Positions 63,926 through 64,000 of a stretch of DNA of 64,000 nucleotides are shown in pieces. The notes beneath the pieces are model-generated. The model did no database searches and was not told the DNA's origin. It was given only the letters and a program-made list of their open reading frames with translations. Each line of letters begins with the position of its first letter. Positions within the stretch are counted from its first letter, which is position 1. Made by a program: the position numbers and the translations under genes. Source of the stretch: Leucoraja erinacea (taxonomy: Eukaryota). The stretch covers positions 124,001-188,000 of the forward strand of contig NW_026575814.1 of the NCBI RefSeq assembly GCF_028641065.1. The letters run 5' to 3'.

Positions 63926-64000
63926 CCATCCCCCCTGACCTCCCCCTTTCTGATATGGAACGGTCTGTCCTCAGCAGAGGCCTCACCTTTGTTCCACTCC

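Overview
Eukaryotic, repeat-dominated genomic DNA, almost certainly from a cartilaginous fish (probably a skate or ray; inferred from HE1/V-SINE-like SINEs and the CR1 families). Nearly all ORFs in the track are 3' fragments of CR1-type LINE reverse transcriptase: about 38 young 5'-truncated copies in two families. Also present are Penelope-like, Rex1/Babar, Crack/L2, RTE-X-like, Tx1 and Vingi-like fragments, tRNA-derived SINEs, MITEs, a solo LTR and a minisatellite. Within the repeats is one host gene on the + strand, a highly divergent non-classical MHC class I heavy chain. Its phase-1 exons encode alpha1 (11833-12081), alpha2 (16160-16429), alpha3 (19595-19864) and a probable TM segment (35092-35218). 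It keeps only 2 of the 8 peptide-anchoring residues, lacks the N86 glycan loop, has an extra cysteine pair in alpha2, and stops right after the hydrophobic segment (no cytoplasmic tail, GPI-signal-like). No leader exon could be identified. Repeat boundaries were read by eye and are approximate.
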